From the NCBI GenBank assembly GCA_943356495.1, contig CALRFF010000002.1:99826-163825 (forward strand): a stretch of DNA of 64,000 bases. The letters run 5' to 3'. A program made the position numbers and the translations under genes. The DNA comes from Candidatus Nomurabacteria bacterium. GTDB lineage: Bacteria; Patescibacteriota; Minisyncoccia; Phycocordibacterales; SBAW01. Below the pieces are notes generated by a model, which was given only the letters and a program-made list of their open reading frames with translations, searched no databases and was not told where the DNA came from. Positions 16,676-26,543 of this stretch are shown here, in pieces. Position 1 is the stretch's first letter, and each line of letters opens with the position of its first letter.

Positions 16676-18238
16676 ATGATTCGCGAGCGGATAGAGGAGG
16701 CAGTGCGCAAGGCGCTGGGGAGCGACGCGCACTTTGTGGTGGAGCGGCCGCGCGCTATGGAGCACGGTGATTATTCCACCAACGCCGCGCTCGTAACCAA
16801 GGCAGACCCTAGCGAGCTGGCCGCTAAGTTACAGGGTATAGAAGGAGTAGAGCGTGTGGCGGTTGTAGGTAAATTTATAAACTTCTTTGTTGCCCGCGCC
16901 GCGCTGGTGCCCAGCGAGCAGCCGCTTCCGCAGCCGCACAAAGGCAAGACGATACTTGTCGAGTATACGAGCCCTAATCTGTTTAAGCCGCTCCATATAG
17001 GCAACTTGGTGAGCAACATTTTAGGCGAGGCCGTGGCGCGGCTGTTGGAGCGCTCGGGGGCAACCGTCGTGCGCATTAACTATCCGTCCGACATCGGCCT
17101 TACGGTGGCCAAAGCGGTGTGGGGTCTGCAAAAGCTCCAGCTTGACCCGCGTGACATCGCCGCGCTTGGCCGTGCCTATGTGGCGGGCACCGAGGCGTAT
17201 GAAGGTGCCGCCAAGCGCGAGATAGAAGACATAAACAAAGCGCTGTACGAAGACTCAAGTCCCGAGCTCAGTGCCTTGCGCGCAACCGGTATCGAAACGT
17301 CGCGCAAACATCTGGATGACTTGTGTGCGCGGCTGGGTACGAAGTTTGATGCGGAATTTTTTGAAAGTCAGTCAGGCCCTATCGGCCGCGAGTTGGTGCG
17401 CGCGCAGGTGGGTAGTGTGTTCGAAGATAGTGAGGGTGCTGTGGTGTACAAGGGCGAGCAGGACGGCCTGCATACCCGCGTGTTCCTTAACTCCCAAGGA
17501 CTCCCTACGTACGAAGCGAAAGACCTTGGGCTCTTTAAACTAAAACTCGATGCGTACCCTAATTTTGACGTCACTATTACCGACACCGGCCCCGAGCAGT
17601 CCGAGTATTTTAAAGTGCTGTATGCGGTGGCGCAAAAGGTGTTCCCGCAGCTGCAGGGGAAGTCGCTCCTGCATATTGCCCACGGATACTTAAAACTCAG
17701 TACCGGAAAAATGTCCTCGCGCCTCGGCAACGTCATTACTGGCGAGTCTTTGCTCGCCGACCTTACGGTGGCCGCGCGCGACAGGGAAGATGTTGCGGTG
17801 GGGGCGCTTAAGTACATGGTGCTTAAGTCCGGCAACGGTAAAGATATTGTCTTCGATCCCGAAAAGTCGCTGTCGCTCGAGGGCGACTCGGGGCCGTACC
17901 TGCAGTACGCCCGTGTGCGCGCAGGTTCGCTCCTTAAAAAAATAGCAGAGGCGGGGATTGCCGCGGGGACCGAAGACATGCCCGCCGAGGCGCAGGTACT
18001 CGAGCGCATGCTGCTGCATTATCCCGACACTGTTGCCCGCGCGGCAAACGAGCTTGAGCCGCACTACCTCACTACGTTTTTAACCGAGCTGGCGTCGGCA
18101 TTTAATAGTTGGTACGCGCAAGAGCGCATTATCGGCGGCACACACCCGCGTTACGGTGCGCTCATTACTGCCGCGGTCGAGCGCACGCTGCGCGAAGGTC
18201 TGGAGACCCTTGGCATCCCTGTGCCCGAGGAGATGTAG
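16676..18238 (+). CDS. argS: arginyl-tRNA synthetase
   Basis: The HIGH-region reads SPNLFKPLHIGNL. The C-terminal DALR anticodon-binding region reads EPHYLTTFLTELASAFNSWY. Length is 520 aa. Confidence 0.9.
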   Translation: MIRERIEEAVRKALGSDAHFVVERPRAMEHGDYSTNAALVTKADPSELAAKLQGIEGVERVAVVGKFINFFVARAALVPSEQPLPQPHKGKTILVEYTSPNLFKPLHIGNLVSNILGEAVARLLERSGATVVRINYPSDIGLTVAKAVWGLQKLQLDPRDIAALGRAYVAGTEAYEGAAKREIEDINKALYEDSSPELSALRATGIETSRKHLDDLCARLGTKFDAEFFESQSGPIGRELVRAQVGSVFEDSEGAVVYKGEQDGLHTRVFLNSQGLPTYEAKDLGLFKLKLDAYPNFDVTITDTGPEQSEYFKVLYAVAQKVFPQLQGKSLLHIAHGYLKLSTGKMSSRLGNVITGESLLADLTVAARDREDVAVGALKYMVLKSGNGKDIVFDPEKSLSLEGDSGPYLQYARVRAGSLLKKIAEAGIAAGTEDMPAEAQVLERMLLHYPDTVARAANELEPHYLTTFLTELASAFNSWYAQERIIGGTHPRYGALITAAVERTLREGLETLGIPVPEEM

Positions 18239-18285
18239 CCGCTTACGCAGGCAAAAAAGGCCTGCCAATGCTATAGTTTTTCAAT

Positions 18286-21200
18286 ATGGCCGACGGGCAG
18301 AGTAAAAGCGAGACCGTACAACGCGAGGAAGAAGTGCTCGCTTTTTGGAAGCGCGAGGGAATATTTGAAAAGTCGCTGGAAAAGCCTGCGCCGAAGGGCG
18401 ATTTTATTTTTTATGACGGGCCGCCGTTTGCCACCGGTTTGCCGCACACCGGCTCGCTCCTTTCTTCGATCATCAAAGACGTGGTGCCGCGTTACAAAAC
18501 GATGCGCGGGTACCGCGTGCCGCGCCGTTGGGGCTGGGACTGCCACGGTCTGCCGATTGAGAGCTTGGTAGAAAAGACGCTTGGCTTAAAAACTAAAAAA
18601 GATATTCTCGACATCGGGATAGATACCTTTAACGAAAAGGCGCGCAGCATGGTGCTCGAGTATGTGCACGAGTGGGAGCGCTATGTCGACCGCGTGGGCC
18701 GCTGGGTCGACTTTAAAAACTCCTACAAGACGATGGACAACTCCTACATCGAGTCGGTGTGGTGGGGACTCAAGCGGCTAAACGAAAAAGGGTTGCTGTA
18801 TGAGGGCCGCAAGGTGCTCATGTATTGCCCGCACTGCGAGACGCCGTTGGCTAAGGCCGAGATAGCAATGGACAACACCTACAAAGATGTCACTGATGAT
18901 GCGGTGACGGTGAAGTTTAAAATAAAAAATCCCCACAAACACGATTTGCCCGAAAACTCGTATTTGTTGGCGTGGACCACCACCCCATGGACCCTGCCGG
19001 GCAACGCGGCCTTGGCGGTGGGGGAAAAGGTTGAGTACGGCATTGTAGAGGTTAACGGCGAGCATCATATCAGCGCCACTCCGAGCGGCAGTATCTTTGG
19101 GGCCGACTTAATGGGCGTAGAGTACGAGCCCCTTTTTGCGGTGCCTGCACTGCGCGCGGCGCAGTCGTACAAAGTGTACGCCGGCGATTTTGTGTCGACC
19201 GAAGAGGGGACCGGTATTGTGCATGTGGCGCCGATGTACGGCGAGGACGATTTTGCACTTGGGCAAAAAAACAAAATGCCGTTGGTGCAACTCTTAACGG
19301 CCAGCGGTTCGTACAACGATGAAGCCCCCGAGTTTATCCGCGGCCTCTACTTTAAAAAAGGCGGCAAGCTGATAACCGAAGATTTGGAAAAGCGCGGGCT
19401 GGTGTTTAAAAAAGAGGCGCATACGCACTCCTACCCGCACTGCTACCGCTGCGGCACGGCGCTTATCTACAACGCGGTGTCCTCGTGGTTCATCAACATA
19501 CAAAAGGTAAAGCAAAAGATGCTTGCCGAAAACGAGAGTATCACGTGGTTTCCAGAACATTTAAAACACGGGCGTTTTAAACATATTGTCGAGAACGCTC
19601 CGGACTGGACCATCTCCCGCAACCGCTTTTGGGCGTCGCCTTTGCCGATATGGAAGGAGCGCGGCGGTAAAAAAATGATGGTAGTCGGCTCGATCGAGGA
19701 CCTACTGGCTAAAACCAAGCGCTCGGGCAACCGCTACTTTGTCATGCGCCACGGCCAAGCAACCAACAACACGCAAGGGCTCGCCGACGGCACCGACAAG
19801 ATAAGCCACTCGCTTACCGAGGTGGGGGTACAGCAGGTGCTTGCAAGCGCCGCGGAGTTAAAAAAACAACGCGTCGACCTTATCGTGCATTCGCCCTTGC
19901 GCCGCACTACCGAAACCGCGGAGCTCTTGCGCAAAGAGTTGGGGCTGCCCGAGTCGGCGCTGGTGGCCGACGGGCGTCTGCGCGAGGTGCATACCGGCGT
20001 GTATGACGGCACCCCGTTAGACGCGTGGCGCTCCTTCTTTTCGAGCTTCAGCGAGCGGTTTACTAAAGCGCCGGAAGGCGGCGAAAATTATACGCAGGTC
20101 CGCAAACGTGCCGGCGAGGCGCTGTTTGATCTTGAGTCGCGCTACGCTAATAAAACGATCGTCATGGTGACTCACGGCGGACCGGGGTGGCTCCTCCATA
20201 CGGTGGCGTGCCGGTACTCGCTCGAGCGCGCCATGGCCGCCCGCACCGAAGACGAGGGGTACCTTACTACCGCCGAGGTAAAAGAGTTGCCTTTTGTGCC
20301 GTATCCGCACAATGCAAACTTTGACCTCGACCTGCATCGACCGTACATAGACAACATTGTGCTTACCGACGGTACGGCAGAGTACGAGCGTATTCCCGAA
20401 GTTATCGACTGCTGGGTCGAGTCCGGCTCGATGCCGTTTGCCGCAGCCGGCTATCCTAAAGACAAATCGCAGGTTGAACCCGAAGGCTTTTTGGGCTTCG
20501 GGGTTAAGGGCTACCCCGGCGATTTTATCGCCGAGTATATTGCGCAAACCCGCACCTGGTTTTACTACATGCACGCTATGGGTGTGCTGCTGTTTAAAAA
20601 ACTGGCGTTTAAGGCCGTGGTGTCTACCGGCACTATACTTGCCGCCGACGGCTCCAAGATGAGCAAGTCCAAAGGCAACTACACCGACCCGTACGAGCTG
20701 ATGGACAAGTGGGGCGCCGACGCATTGCGCCTGCATTTGATGGGTAGTGTCGTCATGCAGGGTGAAGACCTTAATTTTAGAGATGATGACGTCCGCGAGG
20801 CGCACAACCGCGTGCTCGGCATACTCTGGAACTCGTACAAATTCTTCGAGCTGTATAAGCGCGAATACAACCCGGCGGTGCGCGCGCAGGACAGTGCGCA
20901 TGTACTCGACCGCTGGCTGCGCGCACGGCTTGGCGAAACGGTCGCCACCATGACCGAGGCGCTCGACAGTTACGACCTGCCGCGCGCGGTGCGCGTGCTG
21001 CGCCCGTTGGTAGAGGATTACTCGACATGGTACCTGCGCCGCTCGCGCGACCGCACCAAAGGCCAAGACAAAGAAATGGCGCTTGCCAACCAGCGCGCGG
21101 CGCTTCTGACTATCGCAAAATTGTGCGCGCCTATTATGCCTTTTATCGCCGAGGCGATGTACCGCGGCATCACCGGCAAGGACAGCGTGCACTGGTGCGA

Positions 21201-21669
21201 CTGGCCCGAGGCACTCGCCGTTGACCGACAACTGCTGCAGGACATGGCCACAGTGCGCGAGCTGGCGAGCGCGGGGCTCCAGTTGCGCGAGCGTGCCGGC
21301 ATAAAGGTGCGCCAGCCGCTCGGGCTTTTTGAGACCGCAACGCCGGTCGCCGATGAACTTAAGCCGCTGCTCATGGACGAGCTCAATGTTAAAGAAATCC
21401 GCTGCACAGAAGGGCTTGCAGAAAGCAGGCTCGACACGCACATAACAGACGAACTAAAAGAGGAAGGGATGTTCCGCGACTATGTGCGCACCATACAAGA
21501 GTGGCGCAAAGAGCAAAAGTTTTCTATCAGCGACCGCCCCGGCCTGCTTATCAACACCAACGTGGACCTCGACTTTTTGCGCAAATACCGCGACGCTTTG
21601 CAGGAAGCGACGGGCCTTATATCCCTTGAGGTTAAAGAGGCGGGGGAGGTGCGGTTAGAAAGACTATAA
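18286..21669 (+). CDS. ileS: isoleucyl-tRNA synthetase (type 2, eukaryote-like) carrying an inserted PGAM-like histidine phosphatase domain
   Basis: N-terminus EEEVLAFWKREGIFEKSLEK...YDGPPFATGLPHTGS and WGWDCHGLPIE match type-2 IleRS. The KMSKSKGN motif is present. A roughly 185-aa block (aa ~482-665) has the RHGQATNN, LRR and VTHGG motifs of the histidine phosphatase superfamily. Confidence 0.9.
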   Translation: MADGQSKSETVQREEEVLAFWKREGIFEKSLEKPAPKGDFIFYDGPPFATGLPHTGSLLSSIIKDVVPRYKTMRGYRVPRRWGWDCHGLPIESLVEKTLGLKTKKDILDIGIDTFNEKARSMVLEYVHEWERYVDRVGRWVDFKNSYKTMDNSYIESVWWGLKRLNEKGLLYEGRKVLMYCPHCETPLAKAEIAMDNTYKDVTDDAVTVKFKIKNPHKHDLPENSYLLAWTTTPWTLPGNAALAVGEKVEYGIVEVNGEHHISATPSGSIFGADLMGVEYEPLFAVPALRAAQSYKVYAGDFVSTEEGTGIVHVAPMYGEDDFALGQKNKMPLVQLLTASGSYNDEAPEFIRGLYFKKGGKLITEDLEKRGLVFKKEAHTHSYPHCYRCGTALIYNAVSSWFINIQKVKQKMLAENESITWFPEHLKHGRFKHIVENAPDWTISRNRFWASPLPIWKERGGKKMMVVGSIEDLLAKTKRSGNRYFVMRHGQATNNTQGLADGTDKISHSLTEVGVQQVLASAAELKKQRVDLIVHSPLRRTTETAELLRKELGLPESALVADGRLREVHTGVYDGTPLDAWRSFFSSFSERFTKAPEGGENYTQVRKRAGEALFDLESRYANKTIVMVTHGGPGWLLHTVACRYSLERAMAARTEDEGYLTTAEVKELPFVPYPHNANFDLDLHRPYIDNIVLTDGTAEYERIPEVIDCWVESGSMPFAAAGYPKDKSQVEPEGFLGFGVKGYPGDFIAEYIAQTRTWFYYMHAMGVLLFKKLAFKAVVSTGTILAADGSKMSKSKGNYTDPYELMDKWGADALRLHLMGSVVMQGEDLNFRDDDVREAHNRVLGILWNSYKFFELYKREYNPAVRAQDSAHVLDRWLRARLGETVATMTEALDSYDLPRAVRVLRPLVEDYSTWYLRRSRDRTKGQDKEMALANQRAALLTIAKLCAPIMPFIAEAMYRGITGKDSVHWCDWPEALAVDRQLLQDMATVRELASAGLQLRERAGIKVRQPLGLFETATPVADELKPLLMDELNVKEIRCTEGLAESRLDTHITDELKEEGMFRDYVRTIQEWRKEQKFSISDRPGLLINTNVDLDFLRKYRDALQEATGLISLEVKEAGEVRLERL

Positions 21670-22236
21670 ATGTACGAAGTAGCAGTTTTTGACGGCGTGG
21701 TGCTCGGCAAGCGGAACTACCGCGAGGCCGACTCGCTGGTGTGGCTTTTTACCTCGCAGGGCTTGTTGCGCGCCAAAGCTACCGGCGTTCGTAAAGAAGA
21801 GTCCAAGTTGCGCTACGGTATCGAACCGTTGACCCGTGCCCGCTACAGCGTGGTGCGCGGCAAACATGAGTGGCGCTTGGTGGGCGTGGAGGCGGTGTCG
21901 CGCAGCTACGTCAGTGCACCGTTTGCCGGCCGGCAAGCTATTGCGCGCGTGGCGCGCCTGCTGGGGCGGCTTATCCACGGGCAGGAGCCCTCGGCCGAGC
22001 TGCATGCGACCGTACTTAGTAGTTTCGATGCGCTTGCCGCTGCCGAGTCGCCCGAGGCCGTAGAGGTAGTGGCGGTGTTGCGTATACTTTCGCACCTCGG
22101 GTACTTGCCGCAGACAGATGCGTTGGCGCCGTTTATCGACAGCGAGTTTAGCGTCGAGCTGTCCGCCAAGGCACTCGAGGCAAAAGCATTGCTGGTGCGC
22201 ACGATAAACGAGTCGCTCCAAGCGACAGGGCTGTAA
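21670..22236 (+). CDS. recO: DNA repair protein RecO (short form)
   Basis: N-terminal OB-fold pattern (VVLGKRNYREADSLVWLFTSQGLLRAKATGVRK) is typical of RecO. Its start abuts the ileS stop. Confidence 0.5.
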   Translation: MYEVAVFDGVVLGKRNYREADSLVWLFTSQGLLRAKATGVRKEESKLRYGIEPLTRARYSVVRGKHEWRLVGVEAVSRSYVSAPFAGRQAIARVARLLGRLIHGQEPSAELHATVLSSFDALAAAESPEAVEVVAVLRILSHLGYLPQTDALAPFIDSEFSVELSAKALEAKALLVRTINESLQATGL

Positions 22237-22252
22237 GTTATACTTACCCGGT

Positions 22253-24127
22253 ATGGACAAGCACGATAAGAGCTCGGTAGACGGTCTTAAGGACAAGCTC
22301 TACTCGCGCACTCAGCACGACATGCAAGACGTGCGTGCGCCGCTTACGCACGAGGATTCTACGGTGCCCGTGGCATGGAAGGACGGTCAGGGCACGATAC
22401 CGCCGCGCGAGCCTAAACCGTTTGTGCCGACGCAGGAGTCGCGTATGAGCTTTGCGACCAAGTTTTTTATAGTGTCCGTCGGATTCTTTTTTGCGGCGAT
22501 AGCTATCGCGGGGGTGGCATTTTTTTGGGGGCCTAACACTATTTCTCCGCAAAACATCGACGTGCAGGTGGTAGCACCGTCACTGGTGGACGGCGGCAAA
22601 GAGGCGCAGTTCCAAATAATTATCAACAATAAAAATCCCGCCCCGCTCGAGCTGGTCGACTTGGTTATCGACTATCCCTCCGGCACGCGCAACCCAAAAA
22701 ACTCGACCCAGTCGCTGCTCCACGAGCGTCAATCGCTCGGTACTATTGCGGCCGCAACGCAGGTTAAGCGCACCAGCTCGGCGATACTCTTCGGTCAGGA
22801 AGGCTCTGCGCAGACCGTGCGCGCCACCATCGAGTACAGTGTGCAGGGGAGCAATGCCGTTTTTACCCGCTCCGGCGAGGTACGTGTTACCGTCGGTTCC
22901 GCGCCGGTGTCTGTTTCGGTTAACACGCCGCAGGAAGCTATTGCGGGGCAATCATTTGCGCTCGACGTGGTGGTGCGCAGCAATGCGACAACGCCGGTTA
23001 ACAACATTGTGGTGCAGGGCCAGCTGCCGTTCGGCTACTCTATGGCGTCCTCGCAGCCCAAGGCCGACTCCGGCGCGCTGTGGCGTTTGGGCACGCTTAG
23101 TCCGGGGGAGTCACAGACGATCCACATTGTAGGGAGTATCGACGGACAAGACGGTGACGCGCGTGTCTTTAAATTTTTGGTCGGGCAAAACAATGACAGC
23201 ACCGATCCGACGGTTAAGGTGCCGTTTCTTACGATGCCCGCAACGGTCACGGTAAGCCGGCCGTTTATTAGCGGCACTATAGCGGTCAACGGCCAAACAT
23301 CGGCCAAGGTGTCGGCCTCTGCAGGGAGCCCTGTGCAGGGCGCTATTACGTGGCAAAACAATCTTTCGACTCCGATACAAAATATTCAGGTGACGCTCAA
23401 GTTAAGCGGCCCGATGATAGACAAAACATCCGTCAACGCGGGCAGCGGCTTTTATCGCTCTTCCGACAATAGTATTGTCTGGACCGCCAGCCAAGACCCG
23501 ACGCTTGCGCAGGCAAGCGCGGGCGCCACCGGCCAGCTTAGCTTTTCGTTTAATACGCTCGCGCCGGGACAGGGGGGTATTATTTACACCAATCCTACGG
23601 CGACACTCAGTATGTCGATAGCGGCCGAGCGTCCCGGCGAGGGTGACGCACCGCAGGCGGTCACTGCCGCGGCGTCGACGCAGGTTACTTTTGCGTCGCA
23701 AACCGCGCTTGCGGCAGCCGTGCAATATGTGTCGGGCCCGCGTCCGCCGGTTGCGGAGTCGCCGACTATATACGCGGTGCAGTGGTCGGTTAAAAACTCT
23801 TCCAACGCCGTGGGCGGCGCAATCGTATCCACCGTGTTGCCGCCGTATGTCGCATTTTTGTCGGGCCAAAGCGGCATTACGTACGATGCAGGCAGCCGCA
23901 CCGTTACGTGGAGCATCGGCGAGCTTAAAGCGGGGGTAGGGTACACCCTGCCTGTGCTTACAGGGACGTTCCAAGTAACGCTGACACCCTCTACGTCGCA
24001 GGTCGGCACGGCACCGGCGCTTATGGGCTCGAGCCTGTTGTCGGGTACCGACCGCTTTACCTCCGGTAAGGTCGGCGCATCGGCTTCGGCCCCCGACGGT
24101 ATAGACACGATCGCTCCGAAGCAGTAA
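22253..24127 (+). CDS. hypothetical membrane-anchored surface protein (624 aa)
   Basis: Cytoplasmic N-terminus, a single TM (FFIVSVGFFFAAIAIAGVAFFW), then a long beta-rich extracellular region. Confidence 0.5.
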   Translation: MDKHDKSSVDGLKDKLYSRTQHDMQDVRAPLTHEDSTVPVAWKDGQGTIPPREPKPFVPTQESRMSFATKFFIVSVGFFFAAIAIAGVAFFWGPNTISPQNIDVQVVAPSLVDGGKEAQFQIIINNKNPAPLELVDLVIDYPSGTRNPKNSTQSLLHERQSLGTIAAATQVKRTSSAILFGQEGSAQTVRATIEYSVQGSNAVFTRSGEVRVTVGSAPVSVSVNTPQEAIAGQSFALDVVVRSNATTPVNNIVVQGQLPFGYSMASSQPKADSGALWRLGTLSPGESQTIHIVGSIDGQDGDARVFKFLVGQNNDSTDPTVKVPFLTMPATVTVSRPFISGTIAVNGQTSAKVSASAGSPVQGAITWQNNLSTPIQNIQVTLKLSGPMIDKTSVNAGSGFYRSSDNSIVWTASQDPTLAQASAGATGQLSFSFNTLAPGQGGIIYTNPTATLSMSIAAERPGEGDAPQAVTAAASTQVTFASQTALAAAVQYVSGPRPPVAESPTIYAVQWSVKNSSNAVGGAIVSTVLPPYVAFLSGQSGITYDAGSRTVTWSIGELKAGVGYTLPVLTGTFQVTLTPSTSQVGTAPALMGSSLLSGTDRFTSGKVGASASAPDGIDTIAPKQ

Positions 24128-24135
24128 AAAGGAGT

Positions 24136-25467
24136 ATGCAAGAAACATCCGACGTTATGGAGAAAATAGTCTCGCTCGCCAAGCGGCGCGGGTTTGTGTA
24201 CCAAGGATCCGAAATATACGGCGGGCTTGCCGGCACGTGGGACTACGGTCCGCTCGGCGTCGCACTGAAAAAAAATATAGAAAACGCGTGGTGGAGGTTG
24301 TTTGTCGACTCACGCGACGACATGTACGGGCTCGACTCGGCTATTTTAATGAATCCGAAGGTGTGGGAAGCGAGCGGCCATACCGAAGGGTTTAGTGACC
24401 CGTTGGTGCAATGCGCAAAGTGCAAGCGTCGCTTTCGTGCGGACCATCTTGATGACACCGGCAAGTGTCCCGAGTGCGGCGGTGCGCTGTCGGAGCCGCG
24501 GCAGTTTAATATGATGTTTAAGACGACCGTCGGCTCGGTCGACGGCTCGGACACCACGGTGTACCTGCGGCCCGAAACGGCGCAGGGCATGTTTGTAAAC
24601 TTTAAAAACATTATCGACTCCTACCACCCCAAACTGCCGTTCGGGTTGGCGCAAATCGGCCGCAACTTCCGCAACGAGATAGCGCCGCGCGACTTTATCT
24701 TCCGCGTGCGCGAGCTCGAGATTATGGAGCTCGAGTATTTTATAGAGGAAAAAGAGTGGGCTAAGCAGTTTGAGTATTGGCTTGGGGTCATGCGCGCGTG
24801 GTTTAGCTCGCTTGGGTTTGCAGAAGGGGATATTAAAGAGATAGAGATCCCCGATGGCGAGCGTGCCCACTACAGCAAGCGCACCGTGGACTTTCATTTT
24901 AAATATCCGCACAAGTTCGACGAAATAGGCGGGCTTGCGTATCGCACCGACTTTGACCTAAAGAGTCACATAGACAAAAGCGGCGCCGACCTGCGCTATC
25001 TTGACGCTGCCACAAACGAAAAGTTTGTACCGCACGTGCTCGAGCCTACGTTTGGGCTCGGCCGCCATGTACTCGCGGTGCTCGCAAAAGCCTATACCGA
25101 AGACGAGTTGGGCGGCGAGACGCGCGTGTACTTGAAGTTCCCCCCGCACCTCGCACCCATTAAAGCCGCGGTGTTTCCGTTGCTTAAAAATAAACCCGAA
25201 CTGGTAGAAAAAGCGCGCGAGGTCTATACCATGCTTAAAAAGGACATTCCGCAGATAGCGTGGGACGATAACGGCAACGTGGGCAAGCGCTATCGTCGCC
25301 AAGACGAGATAGGCACCCCGTGGTGCATCACGATTGACTTTGACACCTTGGGCGAGACCCCCGAGATGAAGGACACGGTTACCGTGCGCGACCGCGACAG
25401 TGGGGCGCAGGAGCGCGTCGCTATTGCCGATCTTGCAAACCTCCTTCGTGCTAAGATAGCCGCATGA
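24136..25467 (+). CDS. glyQS: glycyl-tRNA synthetase (alpha2 dimeric type)
   Basis: RRGFVYQGSEIYGGLAGTWDYGPLGVALKKNIENAWW matches the class II GlyRS N-terminus. Confidence 0.9.
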   Translation: MQETSDVMEKIVSLAKRRGFVYQGSEIYGGLAGTWDYGPLGVALKKNIENAWWRLFVDSRDDMYGLDSAILMNPKVWEASGHTEGFSDPLVQCAKCKRRFRADHLDDTGKCPECGGALSEPRQFNMMFKTTVGSVDGSDTTVYLRPETAQGMFVNFKNIIDSYHPKLPFGLAQIGRNFRNEIAPRDFIFRVRELEIMELEYFIEEKEWAKQFEYWLGVMRAWFSSLGFAEGDIKEIEIPDGERAHYSKRTVDFHFKYPHKFDEIGGLAYRTDFDLKSHIDKSGADLRYLDAATNEKFVPHVLEPTFGLGRHVLAVLAKAYTEDELGGETRVYLKFPPHLAPIKAAVFPLLKNKPELVEKAREVYTMLKKDIPQIAWDDNGNVGKRYRRQDEIGTPWCITIDFDTLGETPEMKDTVTVRDRDSGAQERVAIADLANLLRAKIAA

Positions 25468-26534
25468 GCAGCACGGACACGACCGTCCACATTTCTCTCG
25501 GTTCTATTGTAAAAGTCCTCCTATCCCTCGCGGTGGTGGCGTTGCTCTGGTTCCTGCGCGACTTGGTGCTTATTGTGCTGACGGCGGTGGTTATCGCCTC
25601 GGCGATAGAGCCTGCGGTGCGCTTTTTTATGAGGCAAGGGATACATCGCGTGTTTGCGGTGATACTCATGTACCTCATGATGGGGTCGGCGTTTTTTAGC
25701 GTCGTCTTCTTCTTTATCCCGCCGATACTTACCGATGCGGCCAACTTTTTGCAGCGATTGCCGGAAACCTTTGCCAACCTCAATATTACCGACGTCACGC
25801 ACGGGCTCTTGCCGTGGGGGCCGGTGTCCGACACGCTTTCCTCGGCCGACCTGTTGCGCAACATTTCTCAAACACTCGCCGACACTACCGGCGGCGTGTT
25901 TACGACACTCTCGGCGTTCTTCGGCGGAGTTACGTCGTTTATTCTTATCGTCGTATTTTCTTTCTACTTCTCGGTGCAGGAAACCGGCGTAGACGACTTT
26001 TTGCGCATTGTCTCGCCGACGAAGCATCAGGCCTACATACTCGGGTTGTGGAAGCGGTCGCAAGACAAAATAGGCAAGTGGATGCAAGGACAGTTGGTGT
26101 TGGCGATTATTGTCGGCGTGCTTTTGTACCTCGGCTTGCTTATCCTCGGCGTCCCGTACGCGCTCCTTTTGGCGGTGCTGGCGGCGATGTTTGAGCTGAT
26201 ACCGGTCTTCGGGCAGATACTCGCCGCCATACCGGCGGTAGCCATTGCTTTTACCTCGGGCGGGCCGACCGCGGCACTGTTGGTGCTGGGCTTGTATTTG
26301 GTGGTACAGCAGTTTGAAGCACATCTTATTTACCCCGTGGTCGTCAAAAAAGTCGTGGGCATACCGCCGCTGCTGGTTATTTTGGCGCTTTTGGTGGGGT
26401 ACAAACTGGTCGGCTTTTTGGGGGTACTGCTGTCCGTACCTATCGCGGGTGCGATACAAGAGCTGGTAGCCGACCTGGAGAAATCTAAGGCAAAGTCTTT
26501 GCGCAACCTTGCCGAAGAGGAGAAATCTGCGTAG
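25464..26534 (+). CDS. AI-2E family transporter (UPF0118/PerM-like)
   Basis: Eight-TM topology with family-typical spacing. ATGA overlap with glyQS. Confidence 0.75.
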   Translation: MSSTDTTVHISLGSIVKVLLSLAVVALLWFLRDLVLIVLTAVVIASAIEPAVRFFMRQGIHRVFAVILMYLMMGSAFFSVVFFFIPPILTDAANFLQRLPETFANLNITDVTHGLLPWGPVSDTLSSADLLRNISQTLADTTGGVFTTLSAFFGGVTSFILIVVFSFYFSVQETGVDDFLRIVSPTKHQAYILGLWKRSQDKIGKWMQGQLVLAIIVGVLLYLGLLILGVPYALLLAVLAAMFELIPVFGQILAAIPAVAIAFTSGGPTAALLVLGLYLVVQQFEAHLIYPVVVKKVVGIPPLLVILALLVGYKLVGFLGVLLSVPIAGAIQELVADLEKSKAKSLRNLAEEEKSA

Positions 26535-26543
26535 GCTAAACCA

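Noticed and set aside
20017-21441. 474-aa minus-strand ORF, and many other long antisense ORFs (for example 45964-47829 at 621 aa, 25521-26654 at 377 aa, 26682-27773 at 363 aa, 8086-8859, 9328-10140, 10137-10784, 6731-7597)
   Set aside because: They lie antisense to strongly supported conserved genes (ileS, the surface protein, the AI-2E transporter, metG, the SIMPL gene, nusG, rplK, tRNA-His/mscL). Their products are Arg/Ala-rich and low-complexity, which is typical of GC-rich antisense frames.
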